From the human T2T-CHM13v2.0 reference genome, Homo sapiens, in the NCBI RefSeq assembly GCF_009914755.1, contig NC_060939.1: a DNA stretch of 64,000 nucleotides. The stretch is one strand, 5' to 3'. Under the pieces are notes generated by a model. That model saw nothing but the letters and a program-made list of their open reading frames with translations. It had not been told where the DNA came from and searched no databases. Made by a program: the position numbers and the translations under genes. Shown here one piece after another: positions 20,597 through 33,866 of this stretch. How positions within the stretch are numbered: the first letter of the stretch is position 1; each line of letters opens with the position of its first letter.

Positions 20597-21869
20597 AGAA
20601 GGGCTAACAAAGATGATACAGAGTCAAATCCTTGGTCTTAGATTGGGTACTAGTGATGCCAGTAAGAAAACTGCTTAGTGTTCAGGATCTAGGTAGAACT
20701 TTCAAGGACTATACACCTTAGGCAATAAAGTAGTGTGCTGTACTGGTGAGGACGGCAGGGACCTGACGATGAGGAAGCAGAGCCAGCTCAGCAGCTGAGG
20801 CAGGCTGCTTGCTGTTCTGTGGAAGCTCTGTTGCCTTAAGAGGACTTCCAAGGAATTGTTCTTCCATTAATAGGCAGTCCAGAGTGGCTTATCTGCCTGC
20901 CCCAGGCTGAAAATATGCTTGGCTTCATAGCATTTTGATGAAAAAAGATAGCTTGAATTTCCAAAGCATGAAGCATTTTTATTCTTGTGAAAGTGATGCT
21001 TTTGCAGAATAAACTGCTTTAGGGCAGTGGTTCTGAAATATTGAAAAGAATTCTCCTAAATTCCTAGTATTGCCATAAATTGCATTTAGGATAAAGTTAC
21101 TTAAATGGGTATGTACAAATATAAACCTAGGAATAAACTCTTTATGCTTATAAATTTTATACACTTACACAATCAAATTTAATCTCAAATTAATTCAGAC
21201 TCAATGAATTTGGCATGTCTGTGCTTTATTACTATGTGCTTATGTGATGAGTCAATTTTCCCATTAGTTTCCACTATTTTAACTTCCAACAAACTTTGTG
21301 CAGTGTGCCGTGAAGTCACTGGCTCTTCAGCTGGCTTTAGTGCATCATTTATGAGTTATATACACCTCTCCTTTTCTCATTCATCTATGGTAATTAACTT
21401 AGCAAATCATGTCAGATAAATCTCAATAAGAAATGAATGTCTTATTTGATTAAAATGTCTCAATTATGAATGGTCAATGCAAGCTTTAACTTTCTAACAA
21501 AATAATTCAGCATGAGTAAAAATGGCGGCTGTGGGATAATTATTGCCATTTTGACATTAGAACATCAGTTTATCAGGAATCAGATATGCTTATCAGTACA
21601 TCGAGGGTTAAATGCTACAACTCAGGCGGTCTTGGCTCTAATGTCATAAACACAATTTTGTCAAAGATAATAAGTGAAAGTACACATTTTTCAGGTGATT
21701 GAGAATAGGCTAATATTAATTTTCAATTTTAAAGTTTTTACTCAATATATTTCAAATATAGGAGAGTATAGAAAATAATCTAACAAACATATATCTACCA
21801 AATAAATTATAAGATGATAATATTTTGCAGTTATTTGCTTCAGATGTCTTTTTAGTTGTCATCCCCATT

Positions 21870-22700
21870 GTTTTATTTTTTAAATTTGTATGGAGTAAAA
21901 TACTTTTTTTGTTGCACAACTGAGTTTTAACATGTGCGTAGATTCATGTAGCTACCACTAGAGAAAAACAGTTTCATCACCCCCTCCAAATTCCTTCGTG
22001 CTGCCCTTTTGTAATCAAACCTCCCCCTACCTCAACATCTGGCTACTGCAGCTCTATTCTTTGGCCCCATAGTTCTGCCTTTTCCAGAATGTTATGTAAA
22101 TGGAATCTTACAATAGGTAACTTTTGGAGGCTGACTTCTTTCACTCTGTATAATGCGTGTTGTGTCTATCAATATGTCATTTCTTTTTATTGAGGGATGC
22201 ATTCCATTGTATGGATGTACCATTCCTTTTACTCACTGAAGAACATTTGATTTGTTTTTGGCAAATATGAATAATGTTGCTATAAATATTTGTGTACAGG
22301 TTTTGTGTACAAATAAGTTTTCATTTCTGTGGCATAAATGACTAGAAGTAAGATTGCTGGGTCATATCATAAGTATGTGTTTAACTTTGTAAGAACTGCC
22401 AAATTTATTTCCAGAATGTCTGTAACATTTTGCATTCCCAATGGCATTGTACAAGAGTTCTAGTTGCTTCCACTCCTCATCAGCATGTAGTATTGTCAAG
22501 TTTAAAAAAATCATTTTAACCATTCTAATAGGTATAAGAAGTATCTCGTTGTGATTTTTCTTTTTATTTCACTAAAAACAAATGATGTTGCACATCCACT
22601 GAGTTTATTTGACATACATATATCTTCTTTGGTGAAGTGTTCATTGAAATCTTTAATAGATAGATAGATAGATAGATGTGTATATATATATTTAAACTGG
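21870..22700 (-). mobile_element. Old L1M (L1MB/MC-like) 3' region; resumes at about 29263-29308 and 29621-29675
   Basis: TTTCCAGAATGTTATGTAAATGGAATC, ATTCCATTGTATGGATGTACCA and TTTGGTGAAGTGTTCATTGAAATC are typical of L1M. The region includes (TAGA)n and (TA)n at about 22656-22691. Confidence 0.85.
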
Positions 22701-22717
22701 GATGTTCGCTTTCTTTT

Positions 22718-25700
22718 TTTAAGTTCTGGGGTACATGTGCAAAACATGCAGGTTTGTCACATAGGTATACACGTGCCATGGTGGTTTGCTTTACCCATCA
22801 ACCCTTCATCTACATTAGGTAATTCTCCTAATGCTGTCCCTCCCCCAGCCCCTCACCCTCACCCCACTGACAGGCCCCAATGTGTCATGCCCCTCCCCCA
22901 TGTCCACGTGTTCTCATTGTTCAACTCCCACTTATGAGTGAGAACACGTGGTGTTTGATTTCCTGTTCTTGTGTTAGTTTGCTGAGAATGATGGTTTCTA
23001 GTTTCATCCATGTCCCTGCAAAGGACATGAACTCATCGTTTTCTCAGGCTGCATAGTATTCCATGGTGTATATGTGCCACATTTTCTTTATCCAGTCTAT
23101 CATTGATGGGCATTTGGGTTGGTTCCAAGTCTTTGCTACTGTGAACAGTGCTGCAATAAACATACATGTGCATGTGTCTTTATAGTAGAATGATTTATAA
23201 TCCTTTGGGTAAATACCCAGTAATGGGATTCCTGGGTCAAATGGTATTTCTAGTTGTATATCCTTGAGGAATCACCACACTGTCTTCCACAATGGTTGAA
23301 CTAACTCACACTCCCACCAACAGTGTAAAAGAATTCCTGTTTCGCCACATCCTCTCCAGCATCTGTTGTTTCCTGACTTTTTAATGATCACCATTCTAAC
23401 TGGCATGAGATGGTGTCTCATTGTGGTTTTGATTTGCATTTCTGTAATGACCAGTGATGATGAGCTTTTTTCATACGTATGTTGGCTGCATAAATGTCTT
23501 CTTTAGAGAAGTGTCTGTTCATATCATTCACCCACTTTTTGACAGGGTTGTTTTTTTCTTGTAAATTTGTTTAAGTTCTTTGTAGATTCTGGATATTAGC
23601 CCTTTGTCAGATGGATAGATAGCAAAAATTTTCCTCCATTCTGTAGGTTGCCTGTTCCCTCTGATATTTTCTTTTGCCATGCAGAAGCTCTTCAGTTTAG
23701 TTAGATCCCATTTGTCTATTTTGGCTTTTTTGCCATTGCTTTTGGTGTTTTAGTCATGAAGTCTGCCCATGCCTATGTCCTGAATGGTATTGCCTAGGTT
23801 TTCTTCTAGGGTTTTCATGGTTTTAGGTCTTACATTCAAGACTTTAATCCATCTTGAATTAATTTTTGTATACAGTGTAAGGAAGGGATCCAGTTTCAGC
23901 TTTCTACATATGGCTAGCCAGCTTTCCCAACACCATTTATTAGATAGGGAATCCTTTCCCCATTGCTTGTTTTTGCCAGGTTTGTCAAAGATCAGATGGT
24001 TGTAGATGTGTAGTGTTATTTCTGAGGCCTCTGTTCTGTTCCATTGGTCTATATCTCTGTTTCAGTACCAGTACCATGCTGTTTTGGTTACTGTAGCCTT
24101 GTAGTATAGTTTGAAGTCAGGTAGCATGATGCCTCCAGCTTTATTCTTTTTGCTTACAGTTGTCTTGGCTTTGTGGGCTCTTTTTTGGTTCCATATGAAA
24201 TTTAAAGTAGTTTTTTCCAATTCTGTGAAGAAAATCAATGGTAGCTTGATGGGGATGGCATTGAATCTATAAATGACCTTGGGTAATATGGCCATTTTCA
24301 CCATATTGATTCTTCTTATCCATAAGCATGGAATGTTCTTCCATTTGTTTGTGTCCTCTCTTATTTCATTGAACGGTGGTTTGTAGTTCTCGTTGAAGAG
24401 GTCCTTCACATCCCTTGTAAGTTATATTCCTAAGTATTTTATTCTTTTTGTAGCAATTGTCAATGGGAGTTCTTTCATGATTTGGCTCTGTTTGTCTGTT
24501 ACTTGTGTATAGGAATGCTTGTGATTTTTGCACGTTGATTTTGAATCCTGAGACTTTGCTGAAGTTGCTTATCAGCTTCAGGAGATTTTGGGCTGAGTCA
24601 TTGGGTTTTTCTAAATATACAATCATGTCATCTGCAAACAGAGACAATTTGACTTCCTCTTTTCCTAATTGAATACGCTTTATTTCTTTCTCATGTCCGA
24701 TTGCCCTGGCCAGAACTTCGAATACTATGTTGAATAGGAGTGATGAGAGAGGGCATCCTTGTCTTGTGCCGGTTTTGAAAGGGTATCCTTCCAGTTTTTG
24801 CTGCTTCAGTATATTGGCTGTGGGTTTGTTATAAATAGCTCTTATTATTTTGAGATATGTTCCATCAATATCTAGTTTATTGAGAGTTTTTAGCATGAAG
24901 GGCTGTTGAATTTTGTTAAAGGGCTTTTCTGTATCTATTGAGATAATCATGTGGTTTTTATCATTGGTTCTCTTTATATGATGGATTACGTTTATTGATT
25001 TGCAAATGTTGAACCAGCCTTGCATCCCAGGGATGAATTCAACTTGATCATGATGGATAAGCTTTTTGATGTGCTGCTGGATTTGGTTTGTCAGTATTTT
25101 ACTGAGGATTTTTGCATCAATGTTCATCAGGGATATTGGCCTGAAATTTTCTTTTTTTGTTGTGTCTCTGCCATGTGTTGCTATCAGGATGATGCTGGCC
25201 TCATAAAATGAGTTAGGGAGGATTCCCTCTTTTTCTATTGTTTGGAATAGTTTCAGAAGGAATGGTACCAGCTCCTCTTTGTACCTCTGGTAGAATTTGG
25301 CTGTGAATCTGTCTGGTCCTGGACTTTTTCTGGTTGGAAGGCTATTAATGACTGCCTCAATTTCAGAACTTATTATTGGTCCATTCAGGGACTTGACTTC
25401 TTCCTGCTTTAGTCTTGGGAGGGTGTATTTGTCCAGGAATTTATCCATTTCTTCTAGATTTTCTAGTTTATTTGCGTACAGGTGTTTATAGTATTCTCTG
25501 ATGGTAGTTTGTATTTCTGTGGGATCGGTGGTAATATCCTCTTTATCATTTTTTATTGCATCTATTTGATTCTTCTCTCTGTTCTTCTTTATTAGTCTGG
25601 CTATCAGTCTATGTATTTTGTCGATCTTTTCAAAAAACCAGCTCCTGGATTCTTTGATTTATTGAAGGGTTTTTCATGTCTCTGTGTCCTTCAGTTCTGC

Positions 25701-28700
25701 TCTGATCTTAGTTACTGTATTTTGCTGGCTTTTGAATGTGTTTGCTCTTGCTTCTCTAGTTCTTTTAATTGTGATGTTAGGGTGTCACTTTTAGATCTTT
25801 CCTGCTTTCTCTTGTGGGCATTTAGTGCTATAAATTTCCGTCTACACACTGCTTTAAATGTGTCCCTGAGATTCTGGTATATTGTGTCTTTGTTCTCATT
25901 GGTTTCAAAGAACATTTTTATTTCTGCCTTCATTTTGTTCTTCACCCAGTAGTCATTCAGGAGCAGGGTGTTCAGTTTCCTTGTAGTTGTGCAGTTTTGA
26001 GTGAGTTTCTTAATCCTGAGTTCTAATTTGATTGTCCTGTGGTCTGAGAGACTGTTGGTTATGATTTCCATTCTTTTGCATTTGCTGAGGAGTGTTTTAC
26101 TTCTAATTATGTGGTTAATTTTAGAATAAGTGCAATGTGGTGTTGAGAAGAGTGTATATTCTGTTGATTTGGGGTGGAGAGTTCTGCAGGTGTGTATTAG
26201 GTATGCTTGGTCCAGAGCTGAGTTCAAGTCCTGGATATCCTTGTTAATTTTCTGTCTCATTGATGTGTCTAATACTGACAGTGGGATGTTAAAGTCTCCC
26301 ACTATTATTGTGTGTGAGTCTAAGTCTCTTTGTAGGTCTCTAAGATCTTGCTTTATGAATCTGGGTGCTCCTTTATTGGGTGCATATATATTTAGGATAG
26401 TTAAATCTTCTTGTTGCATTGATCCCTTTACCATTATATAATGCCCTTCTTTGTCTCTTTTGATCTTTGTTGGTTTAAAGTCTGTTTTGTCAGAGACTAG
26501 GATTGCAACCCCTGCCTTTTTTTGTTTTCCATTTGCTTGGTAGATCTTCCTCCATCCTTTTATTTTGAGCCTATGTGTGTCTCTGCCCATGAGATGGGAT
26601 TCCTGAATACAGCACACTGATGGATCTTGACTCTTTACCAGTTTGTCAGTCCGCATCTTTTAATTGGGGTATCTATCTAGTCTGTTTACACTTAAGGTTA
26701 ATATTGTTATGTGTGTATTCGATTCTGCCATTATGATGCTAGCTGGTTATTTTGCCCGTTAGTTGATGCAGTTTATTCATAGTGTTGATGGTCTTTACAA
26801 TTTGCTATGTTTTTGTAGAGACTGGTACCAGTTGTTCCTCTCCATGTTTAATGCTTTCTTCAGGAGCTCTTGTAGGGCAGGCCTGGTGGTGACAAAATCT
26901 CTCAGCATTTGCTTGTCTGTAAAGGATTGTATTTCTCCTTCACTTATGAGGCTTAGTTTGTCAGGATATGAAATTCTGGGTTGGAAATTCTTTAAGAATG
27001 TTGAATATTGGCCCCCACTCTCTCTTCTGGCTTGTAGGGTTTCTGCAGAGAGATCTGCTGTTAGTCTGATGGGCTTCCCTTTGGGGGTAACCCGACCTTT
27101 CTCTCTGGCTGCACTTCATATTTTTTCCTTCATTTCAACCTAGGTGAATCTGACAATTATGTGTCTGGGTTTGCTCTTCTTGAGGAGTATCTTTGTGGTG
27201 TTCTCCGTATTTCCTGAAGTTGAATGTTGGCCTGCATTGTTAGGTTGGGGAAGTTCTTCTGGATAATATCCTGAAGAGTGTTTTCCAGCTTGGTTCCCTT
27301 CTCCCCATCACTTTCAGTTATACCAATCAAACATAGATTTGGTCTTTTCACATAGTCCAATATTTCTTGGAGGCTTTGTTTGTTTCTATTTACTCTTTTT
27401 TCTCTAATCTTGTCTTCTCACTTTATTTCATTGAGTTGATCTTCAATCTCTGATATCCTTTCTTCTACTTGATCAATTTGGCTATTGATACTTGTGTATG
27501 CTTCACGAAGTTCTCATGGTGTGTTTTTCAGCCCCATCAGGTCATTTATGCTCTTCTCTAAACTGTTTATTCTAGTTAGCAATTCGTCTAACCTTTTTTC
27601 AAGGTTCTTAGCTTCCTTGCATTGGGTTAGAACATGCTCCGTTAGCTTGGAGTAGTTTGTTATTACCCACCTTCTGAAGCCTACTTTTGTCAATTTGTCA
27701 AACTCATTCTCCATCCAGTTTTGTTCCCTTGCTGCTGAGGAGTTGTGATCCTTTGGAGGAGAAGAGGTGTTCGGGTGTTTGGAATTTTCAGCCTTTTTAC
27801 ACTGGTTTCTCCCCATCTTCGTGAATTTATCTACCTTTGGTCTTTGATGTTAGTGACCTTCGGATGGAGTCTCTGAGTGGACGTCCTTTTTGTTGATGTT
27901 GATACCATTCCTTTCTGTTTGTTAGTTTTCCTTCCAACAGTCAGGTCTCTCTGCTGCAGGTCTGCTGGAGTTTGCTGGAGGTCCACTTCAGACCCTGTTT
28001 GCCTGGGTATCACCAGCAAAGGCTGCAGAACAGCAAAGATTGCTGCCTCTTCCTTCCTCTGGAAACTTCATCCCAGAGGGGCACCCACCAGATGCCAGCC
28101 AGAGCTCTCCTGTATGAGGTGTCTGTCAGATTCTTCTGGGAGGTGTCTCCCAGTCAGGCTACATAGGGGTCAGGGACTCACTTGAGGAGGTAGTCTGTCC
28201 CTTATCAGAGCTTGAATGTTGTGCTGGGAGATCTGTTGCTCTCTTCAGAGCTGTCAGGCAGGGACGTTTAAGTCTGCTGAAGCTGTGCCCACAGCTGCCC
28301 CTTTCCCCAGGTGCTCTGTCCCAGGGAGATGGGGGTTTTATCTGTAAGCCCCTGACTGGGGCTGCTGCCTTTTTTCAGAGATACCCTTCCCAGAGAGGAG
28401 GAATCTAGAAAGGCAGTCTGGCTGCAGCAGCCTTGCTGAGCTGCAGTGAACTCTGCCCAGTTTGAACTTTCCCAGCAGCTTTCTTTACACTGTGAGGGCA
28501 AAACCACCTACTCAAGCCTCAGCAATGGCAGAAACCCCTCCTCCCACCAAGCTCAAGCCTCCCAGGTCAATCTCAGACTGCTGTGCTAGCAGTGAGAATT
28601 TCAAGCCAGTGGATCTTAGTTTGCTGGGTTCAGTGGAGGTGGGACCTGCCAAGCCAGACGATTTGGCTCCCTGGCTTCAGCCCCCTTTCCATGGGAGTGA

Positions 28701-29158
28701 GCAGTTCTGTCTCGCTGGTGTTCTGGGTACCACTGGGGTATGAAAAAAAACTCCTGTAGCTAGCTCAGTGTCTGCCCAAATGGCCACCTAGTTTTGTGCT
28801 TGAAACCCAGGGCCCTGGTGGTGTAGGCACCAGAGGGAATCTCCTGGTCTGCCAGTTGCAAATACCATGGGAAAAGCACAGTATCTGGGCTGGAGTGCAC
28901 CAATCCTCCTGTTACAGTCTCTCACGGCTTCCCTTGGCTGGGAGAGGGAAATCCCCTGACCCCTTCCACTTCCCGGGTAAGGCAACCCCCCACCCTGTTT
29001 CAGCTCACCCTCCAGGGGCTGCACCCATTGTCCAACCAGTCCCAATAAGATGAACTGGGTACTTCAGTCGGAAATGCAGAAATTACCCACCTTCTACATC
29101 GATCTTGCTGGGCACTGCAGACTGGAGCTGTTTCTATTTGCCTTTCTTGCCCAACTCT
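22718..29158 (-). mobile_element. Full-length (about 6.44 kb) LINE-1, L1PA7-like, inactive
   Basis: 3'UTR at about 22720. ORF2 fragments (314 aa EN, 360 aa RT). ORF1 starts at 27816 (MGRNQCKKAENSK). The 5'UTR is long (about 1.3 kb). TSD GCTTTCTTTT is at 22708-22717 and 29159-29168. Confidence 0.96.
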
Positions 29159-29168
29159 GCTTTCTTTT

Positions 29169-29262
29169 AATTTTAACATTTTATTTTATTTTTAGTTGAT
29201 GATAATTGTACATATTTATGAGGTACATTGCTATGTTTCAATACATGTACACATTGTATAAA
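29169..29262 (-). mobile_element. Very short L1MA-type 3' end
   Basis: ATAATTGTACATATTTATGAGGTACA...CAATACATGTACACATTGTATAA is an L1MA 3' terminus. Confidence 0.7.
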
Positions 29263-29320
29263 GAATGTTTGCTTTCTTGTTGAATTTTGAGTTCACTATA
29301 CATTCTTGATACAAGTTCTT

Positions 29321-29608
29321 GTTTGTCTTTAATTTTTTTAATTTTTAAATTTTGTAGGTATATAGTAGGTGCATAGATTTATGGGATAAATAGATTTGTT
29401 ATGAGATGTTTTGATACAGGCATGCAATGTGAAATAATCACATCATAGAGAATGGGATATCCATCCCCTCAAGAATTTATCCTTTGTGTTACAAACAATC
29501 CAATTATTTTCTTTTAGTTATTTTAAAATGTACCATTATTGACTACAGTCACCCTGTTAAGCTATCAAATAGTAGGTCTTATTCATTCTTTCTATTTTTT
29601 TTGTACCC
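29321..29608 (-). mobile_element. 5'-truncated L1MA-type 3' end
   Basis: GATACAGGCATGCAATGTGAAATAATCACATCAT...CTATCAAATAGTAGGTCTTATTC. TSD ATACAAGTTCTT is at 29309-29320 and 29609-29620. Confidence 0.88.
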
Positions 29609-30341
29609 ATACAAGTTCTTTTTTGGATTTGTGTTTTGCAAATATTTTCCCTTAGTCTGTGGTGTCCTCTTCACTTAGAGGTCCTTTTTTCACCCCAAAG
29701 AAATAAAACATTGCAGAAATAGTTACTTTCCATTCCTTCTGTTGTTTTCCCTCTCCTTCACTAAACTATAGAAATGTGGGTGTTTATCATTTCTGTTTGT
29801 GTTTTTTATGCTTACAACATATCTATACATCTATATACCTTATTTAATTAAATCATTTATTGCTTAAATAAATACTTATTGAACCCCTACTATGCATTAG
29901 TCACCATTCTAGTGATTGAAGGGAAAATAAGGAACAGAATCGATGAAAATTTTAGCTCTTGTAGAGCTTAAATTCAAGTGTGGGAGACATAAAAAAATAT
30001 TAAATATATTTATTTTATTACCTGATGATAAGTGCTAAAGAGAAAACTAAAGTGGAAAAAGATTCAGCATATGACTTTTTATTTTTGTTCTTGGCCAGAG
30101 AAGGCTTCACTGAGAAGGTGACATTGGACTAAAGCCCTGAGATGAGATAGCAGATCTCCGGAGGACGAGCAGCTCAGGCAGGGGCCACAGCAATGCAAAG
30201 GCTCTGAGCCTGGAGCATTCCTGGTGTGTTTTTGAGAAGCAGGAAGGAGAGGTCTTTGTGGCTGGACTGGGGTGTCCCTGGGGAGAATAGTAGTAGAGAA
30301 GGTCAGAGGAGTCATGTGCATGTATGAGCATGAATTTGGAG

Positions 30342-30760
30342 ACAGTGGTGTGCTGCTCCACAACTGGCTTCTCTGGGAGATAAAAGCCCTGATTAGTAGC
30401 ATTTTGCCAATTTCTGTGGTGTAAATGCTCCCACCGTAGCCAATTTCACACTACCATCCTGATGCATTGAATGTGGAGCTGGAAGGAGATGCACAGCCAC
30501 ACGCGATTCCATAGCATTTCCCCCCATACAGCGATGATCGATAGACATAACCTCAAAAGCTTAAATAACAGCAAAATGTGTTAAAATAATTAAAGAGGGA
30601 TAAGTTATGAGTATTTCTTACTTTTAAATATAACTTAGTTATAAGTTTATGTAATTTAACTTTTTAAATGACCATGTTTAATAATTGGCTTACAAAATTC
30701 CTGAACATTTAACAGTTGGCTCTTGGGAGCTGGTGTGAACTGGCTCTAGAATTCCGTTGT
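30342..30760 (-). mobile_element. MER63-like hAT-Blackjack DNA transposon
   Basis: Terminus CAGTGGTGTGCTG, internal GTGGTGTAAATGCTCCCACC and CAAAATTCCTGAACATTTAACAGTTGGCTCT, and a degenerate right TIR. Confidence 0.75.
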
Positions 30761-31310
30761 GGGAAAGGCAACTGGTTGTATGAGGCCTCATAGTCTATTG
30801 AACAAATGTTTTCTTTTTTCTCTAACATGGGAAACCATTAATAGTTTTGAGCAGAGAAGTGTCATCATCATTTAAGAAGGATCCCTCTAGATGCTGTGCT
30901 GATGAAGACTGTGGGAAGGCAAGGTTAGAAAAAAGGAGGACTACAATAAGGCTGTTGGAGGAATGTTGTCAAAGGTAATCATGGCTTAGGCCAGGGTGGT
31001 AGTATTAAGGGTACTGAGAAGTTATAGGTTTCTTTGCCAACCAATTTGATGTGTGACAAGAAAATAAAAGGGGAGACAAGGATGATTCCAAGGTTTTGGG
31101 GATGAGCAATTAGAAAACAAAGGAAATTGTCATTTACTGAGATGTAGAGACCATGGGTGGAACAGTTTTTGGGGAAAGGTCAGGAACTCAGTCCTTGATA
31201 TGTTAGTTTGAGATACCTATTAGACATCCACATAGAGATGTCAAGTAGATGGCTGGATATAGGAATCTAGAATTCATGTCTGGGCTAGAGATAGAAATTA
31301 GGGATTGATC

Positions 31311-31355
31311 AGTCTATAGTGACAGACATGAGTCTATGGTGACAGACATGAGTCT
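31311..31355. repeat. 20-bp tandem duplication
   Basis: AGTCTATAGTGACAGACATG AGTCTATGGTGACAGACATG AGTCT. Confidence 0.9.
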
Positions 31356-33685
31356 GGATGACAATTTCAGAGGAGTCAGTGTAGATTAAAAGAAAGGAGG
31401 TCTAGGGGCTGGGCCCTGAGGAAAATCCACCATTTGAGGAGGGAGATAAAAGACTAACTCTGAGAAGTATTGGCCAGTGGGGCAGGAATACAACCAAGAG
31501 AATGGTGTGAGGCCCTGGAAAACCAGTAAAGAAAATGCTTCAAGGAGCACATGGACATGTGACCAACTATGTTAAGTGTTGCTGAGAGAGTAAGAAAGAT
31601 GAGATTTAAGAACTGACTGCTATTTTTAGCAATGAGTGGGTCATTAGTGAAATTAATAAGAGCACTTTAGATGGAGTCGTGGGGGTGACTGGAGTTGATT
31701 AAAAAAATGATGGAACAAGAAAAGTGGTAGCGATAGAGTGTGAATATACACAATTCTTTTGAGGATGTTTGCCTTTAGAGGAAAGTAAAGAAAAAGAGCA
31801 GTAGCTAGAAAGTAGTAGAATAAAAAGAGTTTTTTTAAAAAAAAAATTGAAAGCAATAAATGCAAGCATAATTGTCTGCAGATGGGAAAGATCCAGTAGT
31901 GAGGAAATAATCGACGATGAAACAGAAATGCTGCTCTCGAATAGGTGAGAAGAAATGGATAAATGTGTGCGGTCATGAAAATGTCAATTAACTCTGAGTG
32001 GATTCTAAATAGAATCTTCCATCTTATACCAGAGAACTGTTCCCTGCTTGAGGAAATCAATTTGCTCTTTTTAGCATTATTATGAATTAATAGTCAACTC
32101 ATGATTTAAAACCATTGGCAGGTCTGTTGTATTTCGTCAGTCAGCTTGCTCCTCTATTCTTTACAACCATTTCACTCTGTCCCACTTGCCTTCAATCTCT
32201 GACTGGTTCTACTGACCAAGGTCAACAGATGACCTACTTCAGAAAGAGAAACAATCAGAAGTGAACTCCACGAAATTTCTGTGACTAAATCTACAAACCA
32301 GACCTTAATCTACAAGCCTATTTTCTTGTTGCTGGAAACTACAAGCTCCTTTTTTTCTATTACATTGGGTAAGTTCTTCCTCTTTCTCTCCAAGGTGAAT
32401 GCCCCCATCTGTCTCCAGTCATTGTCACCTTCCTCAGTCATTGTCCTATGAATTGTGTCCTCTCTTTCTTGTATTTATAACATGTCTTCTTCTACTGACC
32501 CCTTTTCATCAGAGTCTAGACACACTCAGGCCTCTCCCAGCTTGTTTCTCGTTGGCTGGATAAAGACTGGTCTTTTTTATCCTACTTAAATGAGGTCTTT
32601 TTTTCTACCTTGGGGGTCTTGATCTCTATTTTTATCTCAGATCAGGGCAGACTAGTAGTGACTTTTGGATATATCTAACACATACCTTTGCCTTTAGGCA
32701 GTGCTCTATCTGGACTAGTTGAAATTAAAGATCTCTAAATTGTACGTAGTATAGGAAGATATTTTTTAACGTCCTCCACCATGGGAGATCCATTTCAGTG
32801 TATACTTGGTGCAAAAGTAGATTTCCTAATATTTGATCTTAATTCTTCAGTTCAGTTTGGATTCAAGCGCAGCTTTTCTTGGTTCCAGGCAAAATGGGTA
32901 ATGGTTGGCTTCTTTTCTCTGTCGAAAGACTCTTCTAAGATGAGAACAATTCACAAATCAACTTTAGCCTTCTTGAGGATAAAGTTTAAAAAGTGCCTGT
33001 TGCAATAAGCCCCCTTTCCTAAGATGAGTTTTCTATGGAGGAGTCAAGCTGTGCAAGATTAAAAATGCATGATGCTTAGGGAATTTTGAAGTCTTCTTTC
33101 CATTTAAAAAATGTATATAAAAAACAACTTCAATCTAAGTCATGTTTCAACTATGTCCTGAAAGACTGAGAAGTGTTGTTTTCATGGAAAATTACTTATT
33201 ACAGAAAAGATTTTTGTAGCTATATTATAATTTGTGGTAGGCAGAGATGTTTCCCAAGGGCCCTTTGATTTAAGACTGCAATAATGGATGAAACTCTGAT
33301 ATCTGAGATCACATTCTCTAGAGTGTGAGCTTCATTTCCAAGGTACATAGACTTCCTCTAATTCTGCTGCCAGAACTATTTCAATGGATGTTTTGGAGTT
33401 CTAACTGTAGAGGAGTGGGGCAGGAAAGACAGAGGCATGCAGGGGAGTGGTGGGGAATGAGTTAAAGCCATGTCTGTAACTGTCCTTTTCTGTTATCTGA
33501 CCCCCTGTTTTTGTTTAATTCAATCAACTTCAACAGGCCCCAGACACTCTGAACATAAGGTAGAGCCTAAACAAAACATTTTCTATGCGCAGGAAGCTAC
33601 CAAAATAGCTTCTGCAAGGTCTATAAAGGGCATTTAGTAAAACACAAAGTAAACAGGCACATAATGAAAGGCTGATGGTGGCTAT

Positions 33686-33866
33686 GCTGATGAAAATGAC
33701 AGAAAGAAAGAAGTAAGTTTCTCCTGGTCGAAATTCAGCTTCAAATATTGGACTCCTTATAGATGAAGCAGCCAGTAGCTGATGGAAAGGACAGAAAGAA
33801 AGGAATAAGTTCTTCCTAGTCAAGATTCAGCTTCAAAAAATGGTCTTATGTACAAAGCAGCCAGTA
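33686..33866. repeat. Diverged 92-bp tandem duplication
   Basis: GCTGATG..GACAGAAAGAAAG..TAAGTT..ATTCAGCTTCAAA..AAGCAGCCAGTA occurs from 33686 and again from 33778. Confidence 0.85.

Larger units (their letters stand above)
29850..31900 (-). mobile_element. L2 LINE remnant interrupted by MER63
   Basis: AAATACTTATTGAACCCCTACTATG 3' end, GAAGGCTTCACTGAGAAGGTGACATT, GGATGATTCCAAGGTTTTGG and TTTGAGATACCTATTAGACATCCA are L2 motifs. Confidence 0.8.

Noticed and set aside
20272-20641. Low-complexity ORFs (FLPS/KEGR repeats)
   Set aside because: These are translations of the microsatellite.
31311-31355. 20-bp direct repeat as a CRISPR-like or regulatory array
   Set aside because: There are only two adjacent copies with no spacers, inside a decayed L2. 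It is an ordinary slippage duplication in eukaryotic DNA.
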